A DNA stretch of 64,000 nucleotides from the NCBI GenBank assembly GCA_965223345.1, contig CBDCWG010000012.1, forward strand, positions 1,696,001 through 1,760,000, in the 5' to 3' direction. The stretch's first letter is position 1, and every line of letters starts with the position of its first letter. The stretch is from Nitrospinales bacterium (GTDB lineage: Bacteria > Nitrospinota > Nitrospinia > Nitrospinales > VA-1). The position numbers were made by a program, and so were the translations under genes. The notes under the pieces are model-generated. The model was not told where the DNA came from. It was given only the letters and a program-made list of their open reading frames with translations, and did not search any database. Below are positions 39,810 through 50,530 of the stretch, piece after piece.

Positions 39810-42440
39810 TCATTGCTCTTGCCAGCGCGCTCCGTCTAAACGCACCGGCCGGTCTGCGATCTTCTGAAAATAGATGTCCAGCGATTCCAGCCCCGCCCGC
39901 TGCTGGCCGGCGGCGAAGGCGCGGTGGCCGGGGCCCTGGTAGCGCCGGGAGAACACGGAGAAGCGCTGGGCGGTGCGGGTGGTGAAATTTCGTTTGAGCG
40001 AAGTCGCTTCCTGCGGGCTCACGCCGCGCACCTCAGGGAAATGGTTGAGCCGGTAGCGCAGCAGGTTCACAAAACTCTGGTCCGTCTGCCACTTCAGTGG
40101 CGGCAGCAGGTTGACCGGGGAGAATTCCAGGATCGGGCGGTTGTCGGTGATGACGGGCGCGTCTGTGAGGTAGCCGTCGAGACGGCCGCCGTCGGTCAGG
40201 TAAAAATCGAGAAAATCCAGAAACGAGCGGACTCCCATTTCTTCGGCCTGCTGCCGGATATCGGGGTTTCGCATCAGGCGCTCGAACCGCTGTTTGTCCA
40301 GCGGCACCGGCTCCTTGGAGCCCACCAGCAGCACGATGCGCGTGAGAAAGCTGTTCCACACCGTGACTTCGGGGAACACGCTGCGGAAGGTCTGCACGAT
40401 GGCGCGGGCGTCCTCCTCGCTGACCAGATGCAGCGGCAGCCATTGCATGAGCAGGCCGCCGGGGTTCAGCCGTTGCAGGGCCTGCTCATAAAAATCCCGG
40501 CTGTACAGGTGCACCACCCCCGCCTGCACCGGCGACATCGGCTCGAGCGTGATCACATCGTAGCTGTTTTGCGTCCAGCGCGTGTAGGCCCGGCCGTCCT
40601 GAATCGTCATCCGCACGTTGGGACGGTTCAGCACGTCGTGGTTCCAGCGGGAAAACCACGGCGCGAGGGTCAGCACGTTGGGATCGATCTCCACGCCGTC
40701 CACCTCAACGCCGGGAAACCGCGCCACCGAGCCCAGTGTGTTGCCGGTGCCGAAACCGATCACCAGCGCGCGTTCGGGTTTGGGGTGCAGCATCATAGGG
40801 ACGAACCCCATCGCCTGCATGTAGGCGCTGCCGCCCAGCGACCGTGACACGGTGGCGGTGCTGAATCCGTTCACGTACAGGGTGCGGGCCCGGGTTTCCT
40901 GGTCCTCGACCACGGCGAGGGTGGCGAAGCTGCCTTCCTTGTAGGCCAGGGTGTCGGTGCGGTCTTTATCCACGTTGATCTCCATGCGGCTGAGCAGCGG
41001 GCCGCCCTCGCCGCCGGAGCCGGATATCTGGGTCGTTCCCAGAACCAGAAGCGCGAGACCCGCGCAGACGACGGCGAGTTTGGATTTTTTGCTGTCCAGA
41101 AACCACAGCAGGCCGATGCCCGCGGGCACCAGCAGCCCCAAGGCCAGCACCACCAATGATGTGCGGATGCCGAGCATCGGGATGAGGACGAACGGCGCGA
41201 GCGCCGTTCCGGCGACCGCGCCCAGCGTGTTGAAGGCATACGTCTTTCCGAGGGTGTCGCTGATCGACCCGAAAAGGCCGAGGTGGATGCGGTTGGCGAG
41301 CGGAAACAGCAGCCCGAAGCCCAGAGAGGGAAAGAACATCAGCCCGAACGCGAACAGCGATCGCACCGCCAGCGTGCGGCCGGGGGTGTTTTCGAGATCG
41401 TAAAACAACCGGTCGGCCTGGGCGGTCCATTCGGGCAAATAGGCGAACAGCGGCAGAATGGCCAGACAGGCCGCGCCGATGGCGAACTCCAGAAGCAGGA
41501 AGGTGCGCACCCGGTGGGCGCTGCCGAGCAGTTTTTCCGAGATCAGGCTGCCGAGGGCAATGCAGAACAAGAAGGTGGCGAGGATCAGCGCGAACGAGTA
41601 CAGCGTCATCCCCAGCGGGAAAACCAGGATGCGGGTCCAGAGGATCTCGTTCGCCAGCGCGGCCAGTCCGGAAAACACGAACAAAAGCAACAGCAGCAGG
41701 CTCCAGCCCCGGCTCAGGACGGTTTCGTCCGCCGGTTCGCGCGGGGTTTCCTCGTCTTCAAGAGCGGCTTGCGGTGCGGGGGCGCTCTGCTTCCGGTAGG
41801 GCAGGCAGACTAGAAAAATGGCGAAGTTCAACGCGACCGCCGTCCACAGGGTGGCCTGAATGCCGAGGGCCTCGATCGCGAACCACTGGGTGAACAGGCA
41901 GCCGAACACGCCGCCGAAGGTGTTGACGCTGTAGAGGACCGACATGCTGGAAAAGATCCGGCCGACGCGGCCGGCGATCGCCCAGCTTGCGAACACCGGC
42001 AGGGTGGCCCCCATCAGCAGGGTGGGCGGCAGCATGAGAAGCGCCGCCAGCACGAATTCCACGATGTGCAGCGACAGGCCGGAACCCAGCGAGTGGCCCA
42101 TCAGCGCGGGGTACACCGATTCCAACAGCTTCAGCCCCCAGGGGAAGGCCAGGCCGTACAGCCCGATGCCCGCCTCGATCGCGCCGTAGAGAAACAGCAG
42201 GTTGAGCGGTTTGCCGCTCTGCGCCGCCCATTTGAGATAGCGGGCGCTGCCCGCGGCGCCGAGGGCGAGACCGGCCATGAACGCGCACAGCACGGCGCTG
42301 ATCGCATACAGCGTCGCGCCGAACACCAGGCTCAGCTGCCGGATCCACACCAGCTCGTAGATCAGGCTGGCGGCTCCGGACAGGAACAGGCAGCCGTACG
42401 GCAGGGCTTTGACGAGGAGCGGGGACGTGAAACGGTTCAT
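39810..42440 (-). CDS. Fused membrane domain/spermidine synthase-like protein
   Basis: Duplicated SG-x3-L-YE/NE-x-W TM repeats; LVIGFGTG, VEID, DGR aminopropyltransferase-like motifs. Confidence 0.88.
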   Translation of the reverse strand: MNRFTSPLLVKALPYGCLFLSGAASLIYELVWIRQLSLVFGATLYAISAVLCAFMAGLALGAAGSARYLKWAAQSGKPLNLLFLYGAIEAGIGLYGLAFPWGLKLLESVYPALMGHSLGSGLSLHIVEFVLAALLMLPPTLLMGATLPVFASWAIAGRVGRIFSSMSVLYSVNTFGGVFGCLFTQWFAIEALGIQATLWTAVALNFAIFLVCLPYRKQSAPAPQAALEDEETPREPADETVLSRGWSLLLLLLFVFSGLAALANEILWTRILVFPLGMTLYSFALILATFLFCIALGSLISEKLLGSAHRVRTFLLLEFAIGAACLAILPLFAYLPEWTAQADRLFYDLENTPGRTLAVRSLFAFGLMFFPSLGFGLLFPLANRIHLGLFGSISDTLGKTYAFNTLGAVAGTALAPFVLIPMLGIRTSLVVLALGLLVPAGIGLLWFLDSKKSKLAVVCAGLALLVLGTTQISGSGGEGGPLLSRMEINVDKDRTDTLAYKEGSFATLAVVEDQETRARTLYVNGFSTATVSRSLGGSAYMQAMGFVPMMLHPKPERALVIGFGTGNTLGSVARFPGVEVDGVEIDPNVLTLAPWFSRWNHDVLNRPNVRMTIQDGRAYTRWTQNSYDVITLEPMSPVQAGVVHLYSRDFYEQALQRLNPGGLLMQWLPLHLVSEEDARAIVQTFRSVFPEVTVWNSFLTRIVLLVGSKEPVPLDKQRFERLMRNPDIRQQAEEMGVRSFLDFLDFYLTDGGRLDGYLTDAPVITDNRPILEFSPVNLLPPLKWQTDQSFVNLLRYRLNHFPEVRGVSPQEATSLKRNFTTRTAQRFSVFSRRYQGPGHRAFAAGQQRAGLESLDIYFQKIADRPVRLDGARWQEQ

Positions 42441-42723
42441 GCTGCGGCGGATCGTGGATGGAGAACCTGTGCGCGCGGCCGGGCGAAACTTCCGTCTAAG
42501 GAAGGCCGAACCCGGTTCGGGATGGCAAAACAGCGGGTTGTGCGGTGCGGGACGTCCGGAAATTGCGGTGTTTTCATCATGGACCCCTTATACCCTTTTC
42601 GGGCCGGTTTTTAAAGGCCAAGCGAGCATTGCAACGCCCCGGCACAAATGGTACTCTGCCCTTTATATTCAGTCTTGTCCGGTGTTTCTGGGCGCCTTTT
42701 TTCAGAAGGGTGGGAGTGTTCGT

Positions 42724-43773
42724 ATGGCTTTTCGAGTTCGATGGAGTGCGTATTTTGCAGTGGTTTTTTTGTTGTTCACGCTGTTAGCGACGGGACCGCA
42801 GTCCCGCACGCTGGAGGCGGCGGAATCGCCGGCGCCGGCGGCAGATAAGGAATTGCCGGAGGTCGTGGCCCGGGTCAACGGTGTGGCCATCGAAGCCAAG
42901 CTGATCAATTTTCAGCTCAACCGCCTGATGCGCATGGCGGGCCGTCCGCTGCGCGGGCCGCAGAGGCGGGAAGTCATCATGGACATCATCGACAAAGAGG
43001 TGGTGCGCGAGCTGGTGTATCAGGAAGGCAAGGCGCAGAACTTCATGATCGACAACAGCCGCATCGACCAGGAGCTGGAGCAAATCCGCAAACCGTACCC
43101 GACGGAAAAGGAATTCGGGGCGGCGCTCGCTGAGCGGGGCATCTCGCTGGAAGAGCTGCGGGAATCCATCAAGGTGGATCTCGTCGCCAAAAAGCTGCTG
43201 GATGACAAGATCAAGGGCAAGATCCAGATCAACGATGACGATGTGAAAGCGTATTACGAGAACAACAAGAAACAGTTTTTCCGCCCGGAGGCGTTCCGCG
43301 CCCGGCATATTTTCATTTCCGTGTTTCCGCCCGAGTTGCTGAAGGAAAAAGAGGTGTCTGAGCTGCAGGCGCAGGAGGCGAAGCTGCGGGTCGAAGCGGA
43401 GAAAAAAGTGCAGGACATCCACAAACAGCTCAAAGAGGGCGCGGATTTTGCCGAGCTGGCTAAAAAATATTCCCACGATGCCGCCACCGCGGAGAACGGC
43501 GGTGATCTCGATTTCATCTACAAGGGCGTGTTCGATCCTGCGTTCGACGAAGCGGTCGGCAAGCTCAAGAAGGGGGAGACGAGCGATGTGGTGAAAACCG
43601 AATTCGGCTACCACATCATCCAGCTTGTGGACACCCGGCCCGGCGAGCAGGCGCCGTTCAACGAGATGGAGCCCGCGATCCAGAAACACCTGTTCATGGA
43701 AAAGGCACAGGGCATCGTGCACGACTACCTTTCCGGCCTGAAGAAGCAGGCCAAAATCGAAATTCTGTTTTGA
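42724..43773 (+). CDS. SurA/PrsA-like PpiC-type chaperone
   Basis: VARVNG SurA N-domain; ARHIF, FAELAKKYS, GGDL, KTEFGYHII. Confidence 0.88.
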   Translation: MAFRVRWSAYFAVVFLLFTLLATGPQSRTLEAAESPAPAADKELPEVVARVNGVAIEAKLINFQLNRLMRMAGRPLRGPQRREVIMDIIDKEVVRELVYQEGKAQNFMIDNSRIDQELEQIRKPYPTEKEFGAALAERGISLEELRESIKVDLVAKKLLDDKIKGKIQINDDDVKAYYENNKKQFFRPEAFRARHIFISVFPPELLKEKEVSELQAQEAKLRVEAEKKVQDIHKQLKEGADFAELAKKYSHDAATAENGGDLDFIYKGVFDPAFDEAVGKLKKGETSDVVKTEFGYHIIQLVDTRPGEQAPFNEMEPAIQKHLFMEKAQGIVHDYLSGLKKQAKIEILF

Positions 43774-43931
43774 CCGGGGCCACCCGGGAAGAAGGGTGCC
43801 GGAAGGACCCGGCTTGCGGAAGCAAACGGGTTGAACTTTTCGGCATGGTTTGACAAGCGTCCGGCGGATCGTTCTCCGCAAAAAATACCGGAAAATTTTA
43901 ACAACCGCTTTTTCATGGGAGAGTTTTCAAC

Positions 43932-44609
43932 ATGGCGACTTACACGAAAGAGAAGGATGTCGAGACCACATTGACGGACGACACCGACGCACGGGAAGCG
44001 CTGCGCGAGGTGTTCGGGAACACCGCCCGCTGGCCGGAGGGATTTGCCGGGTTTTCGGCGGATGTGGTGGTGAACATCGACGGCAAGAACGAAACGGGCA
44101 CGGTGACGGTGAAAAACCCGAAGGACATCGAGACCAGCATCAGCGATGCGGTTGCGAAGGAGTTCCTGGCGGAAAACCTCGCCTCCATCGCCATGCACCG
44201 GGGGCCGCGCTCGTTCGAGGAATCGGACGGGAAATACAAGCTGGTGTTCGGCGACGACGGCACGCATCCGTTGGGGCGCAGCGTCGTCATGGGCGGCGAC
44301 GGCATGAGCTCGTTCTACCGCATCAAAGGCGGCCGCATCCAGCAGATCAACCGCAAGACGCCGCGCTTTTCCTTTTCCATCAACATCGAGGAGAGCGTCA
44401 AAAACCCGGAAGGAAAATTCCTCACGCACAAATACACGGTGTATTACTTCAATCCGGAAAACAATTCCCTAAAAGACGTCGAAAGCTACACAGACGATTA
44501 CGTGCGCGTGGACAATGCAGATCTTCCCGGTGTGCGCCGGATCATCAATTCGGAAAACGGCGCAGTCTCGGTCAAAAGCATGACCTTTTCCAACCACAAG
44601 ATTCTGTAG
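43932..44609 (+). CDS. DUF3386-family protein
   Basis: RWPEGFAGF-AD, HR-RSFE, GDGMSSFYRI pattern. Confidence 0.75.
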   Translation: MATYTKEKDVETTLTDDTDAREALREVFGNTARWPEGFAGFSADVVVNIDGKNETGTVTVKNPKDIETSISDAVAKEFLAENLASIAMHRGPRSFEESDGKYKLVFGDDGTHPLGRSVVMGGDGMSSFYRIKGGRIQQINRKTPRFSFSINIEESVKNPEGKFLTHKYTVYYFNPENNSLKDVESYTDDYVRVDNADLPGVRRIINSENGAVSVKSMTFSNHKIL

Positions 44610-44637
44610 GATTTCCGTATAAAGTTTTGGCAGGACG

Positions 44638-44674
44638 TCCCCCCGGACCGAGAGGTTGCGGGGGGATTTTTTTT
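44638..44674 (+). terminator. Intrinsic terminator
   Basis: TCCCCCCGGACC-GAGA-GGTTGCGGGGGGA followed by T8. Confidence 0.75.
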
Positions 44675-44690
44675 GCCCGGACGCGTTGCG

Positions 44691-45722
44691 TCACTGAGGG
44701 GAATGGATGAGCGACTGCGCTTCCACCGTCTTGCCTTTGCCCACGGTGACGCCGTGCGCCAGCACAGAGCCGCTCACTGTGGCGTTGGCCTCGATGCGCA
44801 CGTCGTTCCACAGAACGGAATGGGCGATGGCCGCGCCCGCGCCGATGCGGCAGCCGTTTCCCAGCACGGCGTAGGGGCCGACTCTCGCTTTGGGATCGAT
44901 CTTGCAGTCGGTGCCCAGCACCACGGGCGGGGTGAGGGTGGTGGACGCCTGCGCCTGCAAGACGGGCGGGCGCACGGAAACCCGGCCGTCGAGAACGTCG
45001 TGGTGCACTTCCAGGTAGGTTTCCCGGTTGCCCAGGTCTTTCCAGTAGCCGCCGTGCAGAAAGCCGAACACGGGAAGCCCGTCGCGGATCATTTCCGGAA
45101 ACACATCCTGCGCCGTGCCGTAAAACTGCCCGTGCGGAATGCGTTCGAAGATCTCCGGTTCCATGATCTGGATGCCGGTGAACATGACGCGCGTGGTCTC
45201 GTCCGGCAGCTCCATCGAGGACGCGCCGATGAAATGCACGATGCGCCCGTCCTGCCGTATTTCGATGGGATCGTATTTTTCCGGCGCGGCGTCCTGACGC
45301 ACCACCAGCGTCAGGCAGGATTTCTTTTTGCGGTGAAACTCCAGCACGCGTTTGAGATCTACATCCGCCAGGATATCGCTGTTCATCACGATGAAGGTGC
45401 CGCCGGTGAGAAATTTCTCGGCCGCTTTGATGCCGCCGGCGGTGCCGAGGATCTTTTCCTCCCGGGAGTAGTGCAAATCGATGCCGAGCTTGTTGCCGTC
45501 GCCGAAAAAACCGGTCACCTGGTCGGGCAGGTGGTGCAGGTTCACGGTGATGTCGCGGATGCCGGCGGCGCGCAGATGGTTCAGGTTGTGCGCCAGCAGC
45601 GGCTGGTGCATCACCGGGATCATCGGTTTGGGCAGCACCTGGGTGAGGGGGCGCAGCCGCGTGCCGAACCCGGCCGCCAGCACCATGGCTTTGGGAGTCG
45701 GGAAGCGCGGGGATGCGGGCAT
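44691..45722 (-). CDS. NDP-sugar pyrophosphorylase (mannose-1-phosphate guanylyltransferase-like)
   Basis: LAAGFGTRLRPLT-LPKP, LGTAGG, WKDLG; hexapeptide tail. Confidence 0.9.
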   Translation of the reverse strand: MPASPRFPTPKAMVLAAGFGTRLRPLTQVLPKPMIPVMHQPLLAHNLNHLRAAGIRDITVNLHHLPDQVTGFFGDGNKLGIDLHYSREEKILGTAGGIKAAEKFLTGGTFIVMNSDILADVDLKRVLEFHRKKKSCLTLVVRQDAAPEKYDPIEIRQDGRIVHFIGASSMELPDETTRVMFTGIQIMEPEIFERIPHGQFYGTAQDVFPEMIRDGLPVFGFLHGGYWKDLGNRETYLEVHHDVLDGRVSVRPPVLQAQASTTLTPPVVLGTDCKIDPKARVGPYAVLGNGCRIGAGAAIAHSVLWNDVRIEANATVSGSVLAHGVTVGKGKTVEAQSLIHSPQ

Positions 45723-45747
45723 GGATTGCCTCCAGTCGGGACGGGAA

Positions 45748-46797
45748 TTAGGTGGGTTGCGATTTGTCCGCCAGCCGTTTGAGCGATTCGGTGTAGGGCG
45801 GGCGGGCGACGCCCTTATCGGTGATGATGGCGGTGACCAGTTCATGGGGCGTCACATCGAACGCCGGATGCGCGATGGTTGCGCCTTCGGGGGCGATGCG
45901 CCTGTCGCCGATCTGCGCCACTTCCTCGGCGGAGCGTTCCTCGATGGGGATCTGCTCGCCCGAGGACAGGGAAAGATCGAGTGTGGAGATCGGCGCGGCG
46001 ACGTAAAACGGGATGTTGTGGTTTTTCGCCAGGATCGCCACCATGTAGGTGCCGATCTTGTTGGCCACATCGCCGTTGGCGGCAATGCGGTCGGCCCCCA
46101 CCACCACCACGTCGATCTGGTTTTTCTGCATGAAATGCCCGCACATGCTGTCGGTGATCAGTTTCACCGGAATGCGGTCCTGCATCAGCTCCCACACGGT
46201 CAGCCGCGCGCCCTGCAGGAAGGGCCGCGTCTCGTTGGCGAGCACCTCGATGTTCTTTCCGGCATTTACCGCGGAGCGCACGACGCCCAGGGCGGTGCCG
46301 TAGCCCGCCGTGGCGAGCGCGCCGGCGTTGCAGTGGGTGAGCACGTGGTTGCCGTTTTCGATGAAGTGCTGGCCGAAGTCGCCGAGCGCGCGGCAGGCGG
46401 CGATGTCTTCCTCGCAGATGGCCTGGGCTTCCTCGCGCAGGCGCTGCTTGATCTCGGAAACCGGCCGGTCGCGCACGGATTGCGCCACCGCTTTCATGCG
46501 TTCGATGCTCCAGGCCAGGTTGACGGCGGTGGGGCGGGATTGCGCCAGCGCGTCGCACATCGATTCCAGCTTCGCATAAAACGCGTCGTAATCGTCGGCG
46601 TCGATGGAGTTTGCGCCCAGGCTCACGCCCATGGCCGCGGCCACGCCGATGGCCGGAGCGCCGCGCACGATCATGGTCCTGATGGCCTCGCCCACTTCCT
46701 CGATGGTGTTGCAGTCCACGAACACGGTTTCCGTGGGCAGGCGGGTCTGGTCGATCATGCGAACCACGCCGTCGATGTATTCCACGGTTTTGATCAT
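45748..46797 (-). CDS. mtnA: S-methyl-5-thioribose-1-phosphate isomerase
   Basis: [50 protein letters not shown]. Confidence 0.95.
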   Translation of the reverse strand: MIKTVEYIDGVVRMIDQTRLPTETVFVDCNTIEEVGEAIRTMIVRGAPAIGVAAAMGVSLGANSIDADDYDAFYAKLESMCDALAQSRPTAVNLAWSIERMKAVAQSVRDRPVSEIKQRLREEAQAICEEDIAACRALGDFGQHFIENGNHVLTHCNAGALATAGYGTALGVVRSAVNAGKNIEVLANETRPFLQGARLTVWELMQDRIPVKLITDSMCGHFMQKNQIDVVVVGADRIAANGDVANKIGTYMVAILAKNHNIPFYVAAPISTLDLSLSSGEQIPIEERSAEEVAQIGDRRIAPEGATIAHPAFDVTPHELVTAIITDKGVARPPYTESLKRLADKSQPT

Positions 46798-47120
46798 GGC
46801 GCTTCCTTGCTTGCGGCGGGCCGGGAAAGGTGCGGCGCGAGTTTTTCCATTAGAATGGCTTCGTTGAGACCGAGCAGGTTGAGGGTTTTGTTGCGGCTGG
46901 TGAGGCCCCTGACGATGCTGACGTTCGCCGGGCTCAATCCCAGGCATTTGGCGAGAAACCGCACGCAGGCCTTGTTGGCCGCGCCGTCCACCGGCGGCGA
47001 AGTGAGCCGGATTTTCAGCGCGCCGTTGTGCAGCCCGTCGATCCGGTTGCGGGATGCCCGCGGCTGGATCGTGGCGGCGATCTGAATTCCATCCTCGATT
47101 TTTCTGACGTTGAGAGACAT
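46794..47120 (-). CDS. DUF167/YggU family protein
   Basis: [20 protein letters not shown]; alternative start at 47135. Confidence 0.88.
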   Translation of the reverse strand: MSLNVRKIEDGIQIAATIQPRASRNRIDGLHNGALKIRLTSPPVDGAANKACVRFLAKCLGLSPANVSIVRGLTSRNKTLNLLGLNEAILMEKLAPHLSRPAASKEAP

Positions 47121-47131
47121 GCGGGTTTGCC

Positions 47132-47659
47132 TCATTTCCGCATCTGTTCGAGGCGTTCCCGTGCGCTTTCCTTGATGTTCTGGATCAGGCTGGATCTGTC
47201 TTTCTTGAGCCGGTCGATTTCCTGCCTGAGGGTTTCGAGGTCCTTCTCCACTTTCTTTTTCTGCAGCTCGGCCTGTTCCTTGGTGACCGTGAAGATGCGC
47301 TTGGCTTTTTCCTTGAGCTGCTGCGGGTCGAACTGGATCGAATCGTTGTGCTTGGCCGCTTTCAGGGCTTTCCTGAGTTCGCCGATCAGCTTGTCCTTTT
47401 CCTGCAGCTGTTTTTTGAATTTCAAATCGCCGCCGGCTGCGGGGTTGTAGCCGTTCTGGTAGGCCTTCAACTCGGCGCTCAACTCCTCGACGGCGCGGCT
47501 TTTTTCCGCAAGCTGCTTTTTCAACGTCTCGATCTCATCGGCCATCGACTTGAAGTCCTCGGAGACCAGATGCAAAAAGGTGTCCACCTCCTGCTTGTTG
47601 TAGCCGCGGAACTTGTCGCGGAAGACCTGCTCCAGAATGTCGAGATGGTTGAGGCGCAT
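47132..47659 (-). CDS. DivIVA-domain coiled-coil protein
   Basis: DI-x3-F...[12 protein letters not shown] followed by coiled coil. Confidence 0.88.
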   Translation of the reverse strand: MRLNHLDILEQVFRDKFRGYNKQEVDTFLHLVSEDFKSMADEIETLKKQLAEKSRAVEELSAELKAYQNGYNPAAGGDLKFKKQLQEKDKLIGELRKALKAAKHNDSIQFDPQQLKEKAKRIFTVTKEQAELQKKKVEKDLETLRQEIDRLKKDRSSLIQNIKESARERLEQMRK

Positions 47660-47666
47660 GGGCTTT

Positions 47667-47966
47667 CTATTTCAGTTGCATGGCAAACTCTGCCAATGAT
47701 CTTACCAGAAATAGTTTGAGGAAAACGATCCCCAGAATCACTATAATGGGGGTGAAATCGATCCCCACCCCGGACATGGGCAAAAGCCGCCGCACGCGCT
47801 CGAACACCGGTTCGGTGATGCTGTACAAAAACTGCACGATCGGGTTGTAGGGGTCCGGGTTCACCCAGGAGAGCAGCGCGCGGATGATGACGATCCACAT
47901 GTAGATCTCGAGCACCATTCCCAGGACGGTTGCGGTGGCGCCTAAAAAGTTTCCAAGCAGGTTCAT
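47667..47966 (-). CDS. yggT: YggT family membrane protein
   Basis: LLSWVNPDPYNPIVQFLYSITEP...DFTP. Confidence 0.92.
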   Translation of the reverse strand: MNLLGNFLGATATVLGMVLEIYMWIVIIRALLSWVNPDPYNPIVQFLYSITEPVFERVRRLLPMSGVGIDFTPIIVILGIVFLKLFLVRSLAEFAMQLK

Positions 47967-48164
47967 GGGGTTTGTTTTCTTGCAGAGTGGGGTGAAAAAC
48001 TTTGAAAATCAAAAAGTTATAAAAATATTTTGATTTTCCGTCCAGATAAAGTATCTAAATTCTAATTTATTGTCAAACGATAGTCCCCGCGCGGGCCCGG
48101 GCGGAGCGGATTCGCTCCGGCCATGCGAACGGGGTTTCCCACCTTCAATTTGCCGGATAAGACG

Positions 48165-49565
48165 ATGCCCAGAAAAATACGCGACAAGGTCAAAGACCTC
48201 TTAAACCGAGAACAGGAAGCCCAGGGAGTGACGGTCAAGGGATGGGTGCGCACGCGCCGCGATTCCAAGGGCGGTTTTTCCTTCATCGAGATCAACGACG
48301 GCTCCTGCCTCAGCGGAATCCAGGTGGTGGCGGACCATTCGCTCGCCAGCTATCAGGCGGTTTCCGGCCGCCTGACGACGGGAAGCTGCGTGGCCGTGAC
48401 GGGCAACCTCGTGCGCTCGCAGGGCAAGGGGCAGAGCATGGAGGTGCAGGCCACGGACATCTCCGTGTACGGCTCCGCCGATGCGGAGAAGTATCCGCTG
48501 CAGAAAAAGCACCATTCCTTCGAGTTTCTGCGCGAGATCGCGCACCTCAGGCCGCGCACCAACACCTTCGGCGCGGTCATGCGCGTGCGCAACCGGCTGG
48601 CCTATTCGATCCACAAATTTTTCAACGACCGCGGGTTCGTCTACCTCAACACGCCCATCATCACCACCAGCGACTGCGAGGGCGCGGGCGAGATGTTCCA
48701 GGTGACGACGCTCGATATGACGTCTCCGCCCTTGAACGACGGCAAAGTGGACTACGCGCAGGATTTTTTCGGCGAGAAGACCGGGCTCACCGTGAGCGGC
48801 CAGCTCGAAGGGGAGATCTACGCCATGGCGCTGTCGGACATCTACACCTTCGGCCCGACGTTCCGTGCGGAAAACTCCAACACCAGCCGCCACCTCGCCG
48901 AGTTCTGGATGGTGGAACCGGAGATGGCGTTCTACGAGCTGGACGACGACATGGACCTGGCCGAGGAATTCATCCAGTACCTGCTCGCCGACGTGCTGGA
49001 ACACTGCGCCGAGGACATGGAGTTTTTCAACAAGCGCATCGACAAGACCATCGTCGAGCGGCTTAAGCACATCGTGGACAACCCGTTCGAGCGCATCCAC
49101 TACAGCGACGCGGTGCATCTCCTGGAAAAATCGAGCGAGAACTTCCAGTACTCGGTGGAATGGGGCTGCAACCTGCAGGCGGAGCACGAACGCTATCTCA
49201 GTGAAAAAGTGTTCAAAAAACCGATCGTGGTGTTCAACTACCCGGAGACCATCAAGCCGTTCTACATGAAGCTCAACGAGGACAAGGAAACCGTGCGCGC
49301 GATGGATGTGCTGCTGCCGAAGCTCGGGGAGATCATCGGCGGCAGCCAGCGCGAGGACGACCTGAACGTGCTCAAAAGCCGCATGCAGGAGAAGGAACTC
49401 GATCCCGAGGAATACTGGTGGTACCTCGACCTGCGCCGCTACGGCTCGGCGCCGCATTCGGGCTTCGGGCTGGGCTTCGAGCGGCTGGTGCAGTTCGTCA
49501 CCGGCATGGAGAACATCCGCGACGTCATCCCGTTTCCCCGCACCCCCAAGCACGCGCAGTTTTAA
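48165..49565 (+). CDS. asnS: Asparagine--tRNA ligase
   Basis: [42 protein letters not shown]. Confidence 0.97.
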   Translation: MPRKIRDKVKDLLNREQEAQGVTVKGWVRTRRDSKGGFSFIEINDGSCLSGIQVVADHSLASYQAVSGRLTTGSCVAVTGNLVRSQGKGQSMEVQATDISVYGSADAEKYPLQKKHHSFEFLREIAHLRPRTNTFGAVMRVRNRLAYSIHKFFNDRGFVYLNTPIITTSDCEGAGEMFQVTTLDMTSPPLNDGKVDYAQDFFGEKTGLTVSGQLEGEIYAMALSDIYTFGPTFRAENSNTSRHLAEFWMVEPEMAFYELDDDMDLAEEFIQYLLADVLEHCAEDMEFFNKRIDKTIVERLKHIVDNPFERIHYSDAVHLLEKSSENFQYSVEWGCNLQAEHERYLSEKVFKKPIVVFNYPETIKPFYMKLNEDKETVRAMDVLLPKLGEIIGGSQREDDLNVLKSRMQEKELDPEEYWWYLDLRRYGSAPHSGFGLGFERLVQFVTGMENIRDVIPFPRTPKHAQF

Positions 49566-49594
49566 CTCCTCCCCGGAGGGGGAACAAGATCCAA

Positions 49595-49618
49595 ATTTGA
49601 CGGGATGGACAGGATAAA
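49595..49618 (+). repeat. GACAGGAT-type tandem repeat, left copy
   Basis: ATTTGACGGGATGGACAGGATAAA; inverted partner at 50508-50530. Confidence 0.75.
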
Positions 49619-49677
49619 GCGAGGGTCATAAAGAAAGAGTGAAGATAAAGAGAACCTTTAAAAGGTGAATTTTCCTA

Positions 49678-50418
49678 ATGGTCATCAAGGGGAATCATTT
49701 CTGCTTTTGGATATTATTACTATTGATCGCTATATCAAGTCATGGTTTTTCATGTTTAAGCACCCACTACCACAAGGCTCAAGATGCTCATAAAAAGGGA
49801 AGTTATGATGAAGCGATAAAATTTTATTCAGAAGCACTAAAAGAAAAAGATTACTCAACAGAAACTGAAATCTTTACTGAAAGAGGTGTGGCTTTCCTTG
49901 GGAATAATCAGTTTAAATCTGCTATTCGTGATTTTGAGCAAGTCTTTCTTTTAGATTCGGATAAAGCGCAACTTAACAATAATCGTGGTGTTTCTCTATA
50001 TTATCAGGGCAAATTTGAGGAAGCGTTGGATGCTTTCAATAAAAGCCTACAGCTTTCCCCGATTGGCTATACCAACGTACTGTGGTCATATCTCACCAGC
50101 CAAAAGTTGAACCAGCCGGGCGTAATCATATTGAGCAATTGGTCTAACCAACACAACGCTGAAGGGCATGATTTTCTTCCTGCGACTTTGGTTTCTTTAA
50201 ATCTAAATAAAATTTCTCCTACTAAATTATTTTCTGAGTTGGAAGAAAAAGAAATTGAAAGAAATTATCGATGCATATCTTATTTTCATATTGGCCAATT
50301 TTATCTTTTACAGAAAAAAAACAACCTTGCCGATTTCATGTTTCGTAGGGCTTTAGATACAGGAGCAGTGGGAGTGATCGAATATGCAGCGGCAAAGCTG
50401 GAGTTGGAGCGTTTATGA
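49678..50418 (+). CDS. TPR protein (NlpI-like), AT-rich
   Basis: TPR units and a C-terminal YFHIGQ...EY-x2-A-x2-EL NlpI-like end; strongly AT-rich. Confidence 0.8.
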   Translation: MVIKGNHFCFWILLLLIAISSHGFSCLSTHYHKAQDAHKKGSYDEAIKFYSEALKEKDYSTETEIFTERGVAFLGNNQFKSAIRDFEQVFLLDSDKAQLNNNRGVSLYYQGKFEEALDAFNKSLQLSPIGYTNVLWSYLTSQKLNQPGVIILSNWSNQHNAEGHDFLPATLVSLNLNKISPTKLFSELEEKEIERNYRCISYFHIGQFYLLQKKNNLADFMFRRALDTGAVGVIEYAAAKLELERL

Positions 50419-50450
50419 AAAATCTATTTTAACATGAACATCTTTTTTCA

Positions 50451-50471
50451 CTTCGCGTCTTTGCGGTGAAA
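50451..50471 (-). repeat. GCAAAGAC-type repeat, inverted copy
   Basis: Reverse complement TTTCACCGCAAAGACGCGAAG, near-identical to 62200-62220. Confidence 0.7.
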
Positions 50472-50493
50472 ACAAGCTTTTAGCTTTTCCCGT

Positions 50494-50530
50494 CTTTTAT
50501 CCCGCCGTTATCCTGTCCATCCTGTCTAAT
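50494..50530 (-). repeat. GACAGGAT-type tandem repeat, inverted right copy overlapping the rlmD stop
   Basis: Reverse complement ATTAGACAGGATGGACAGGATAACGGCGGGATAAAAG. Confidence 0.75.
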
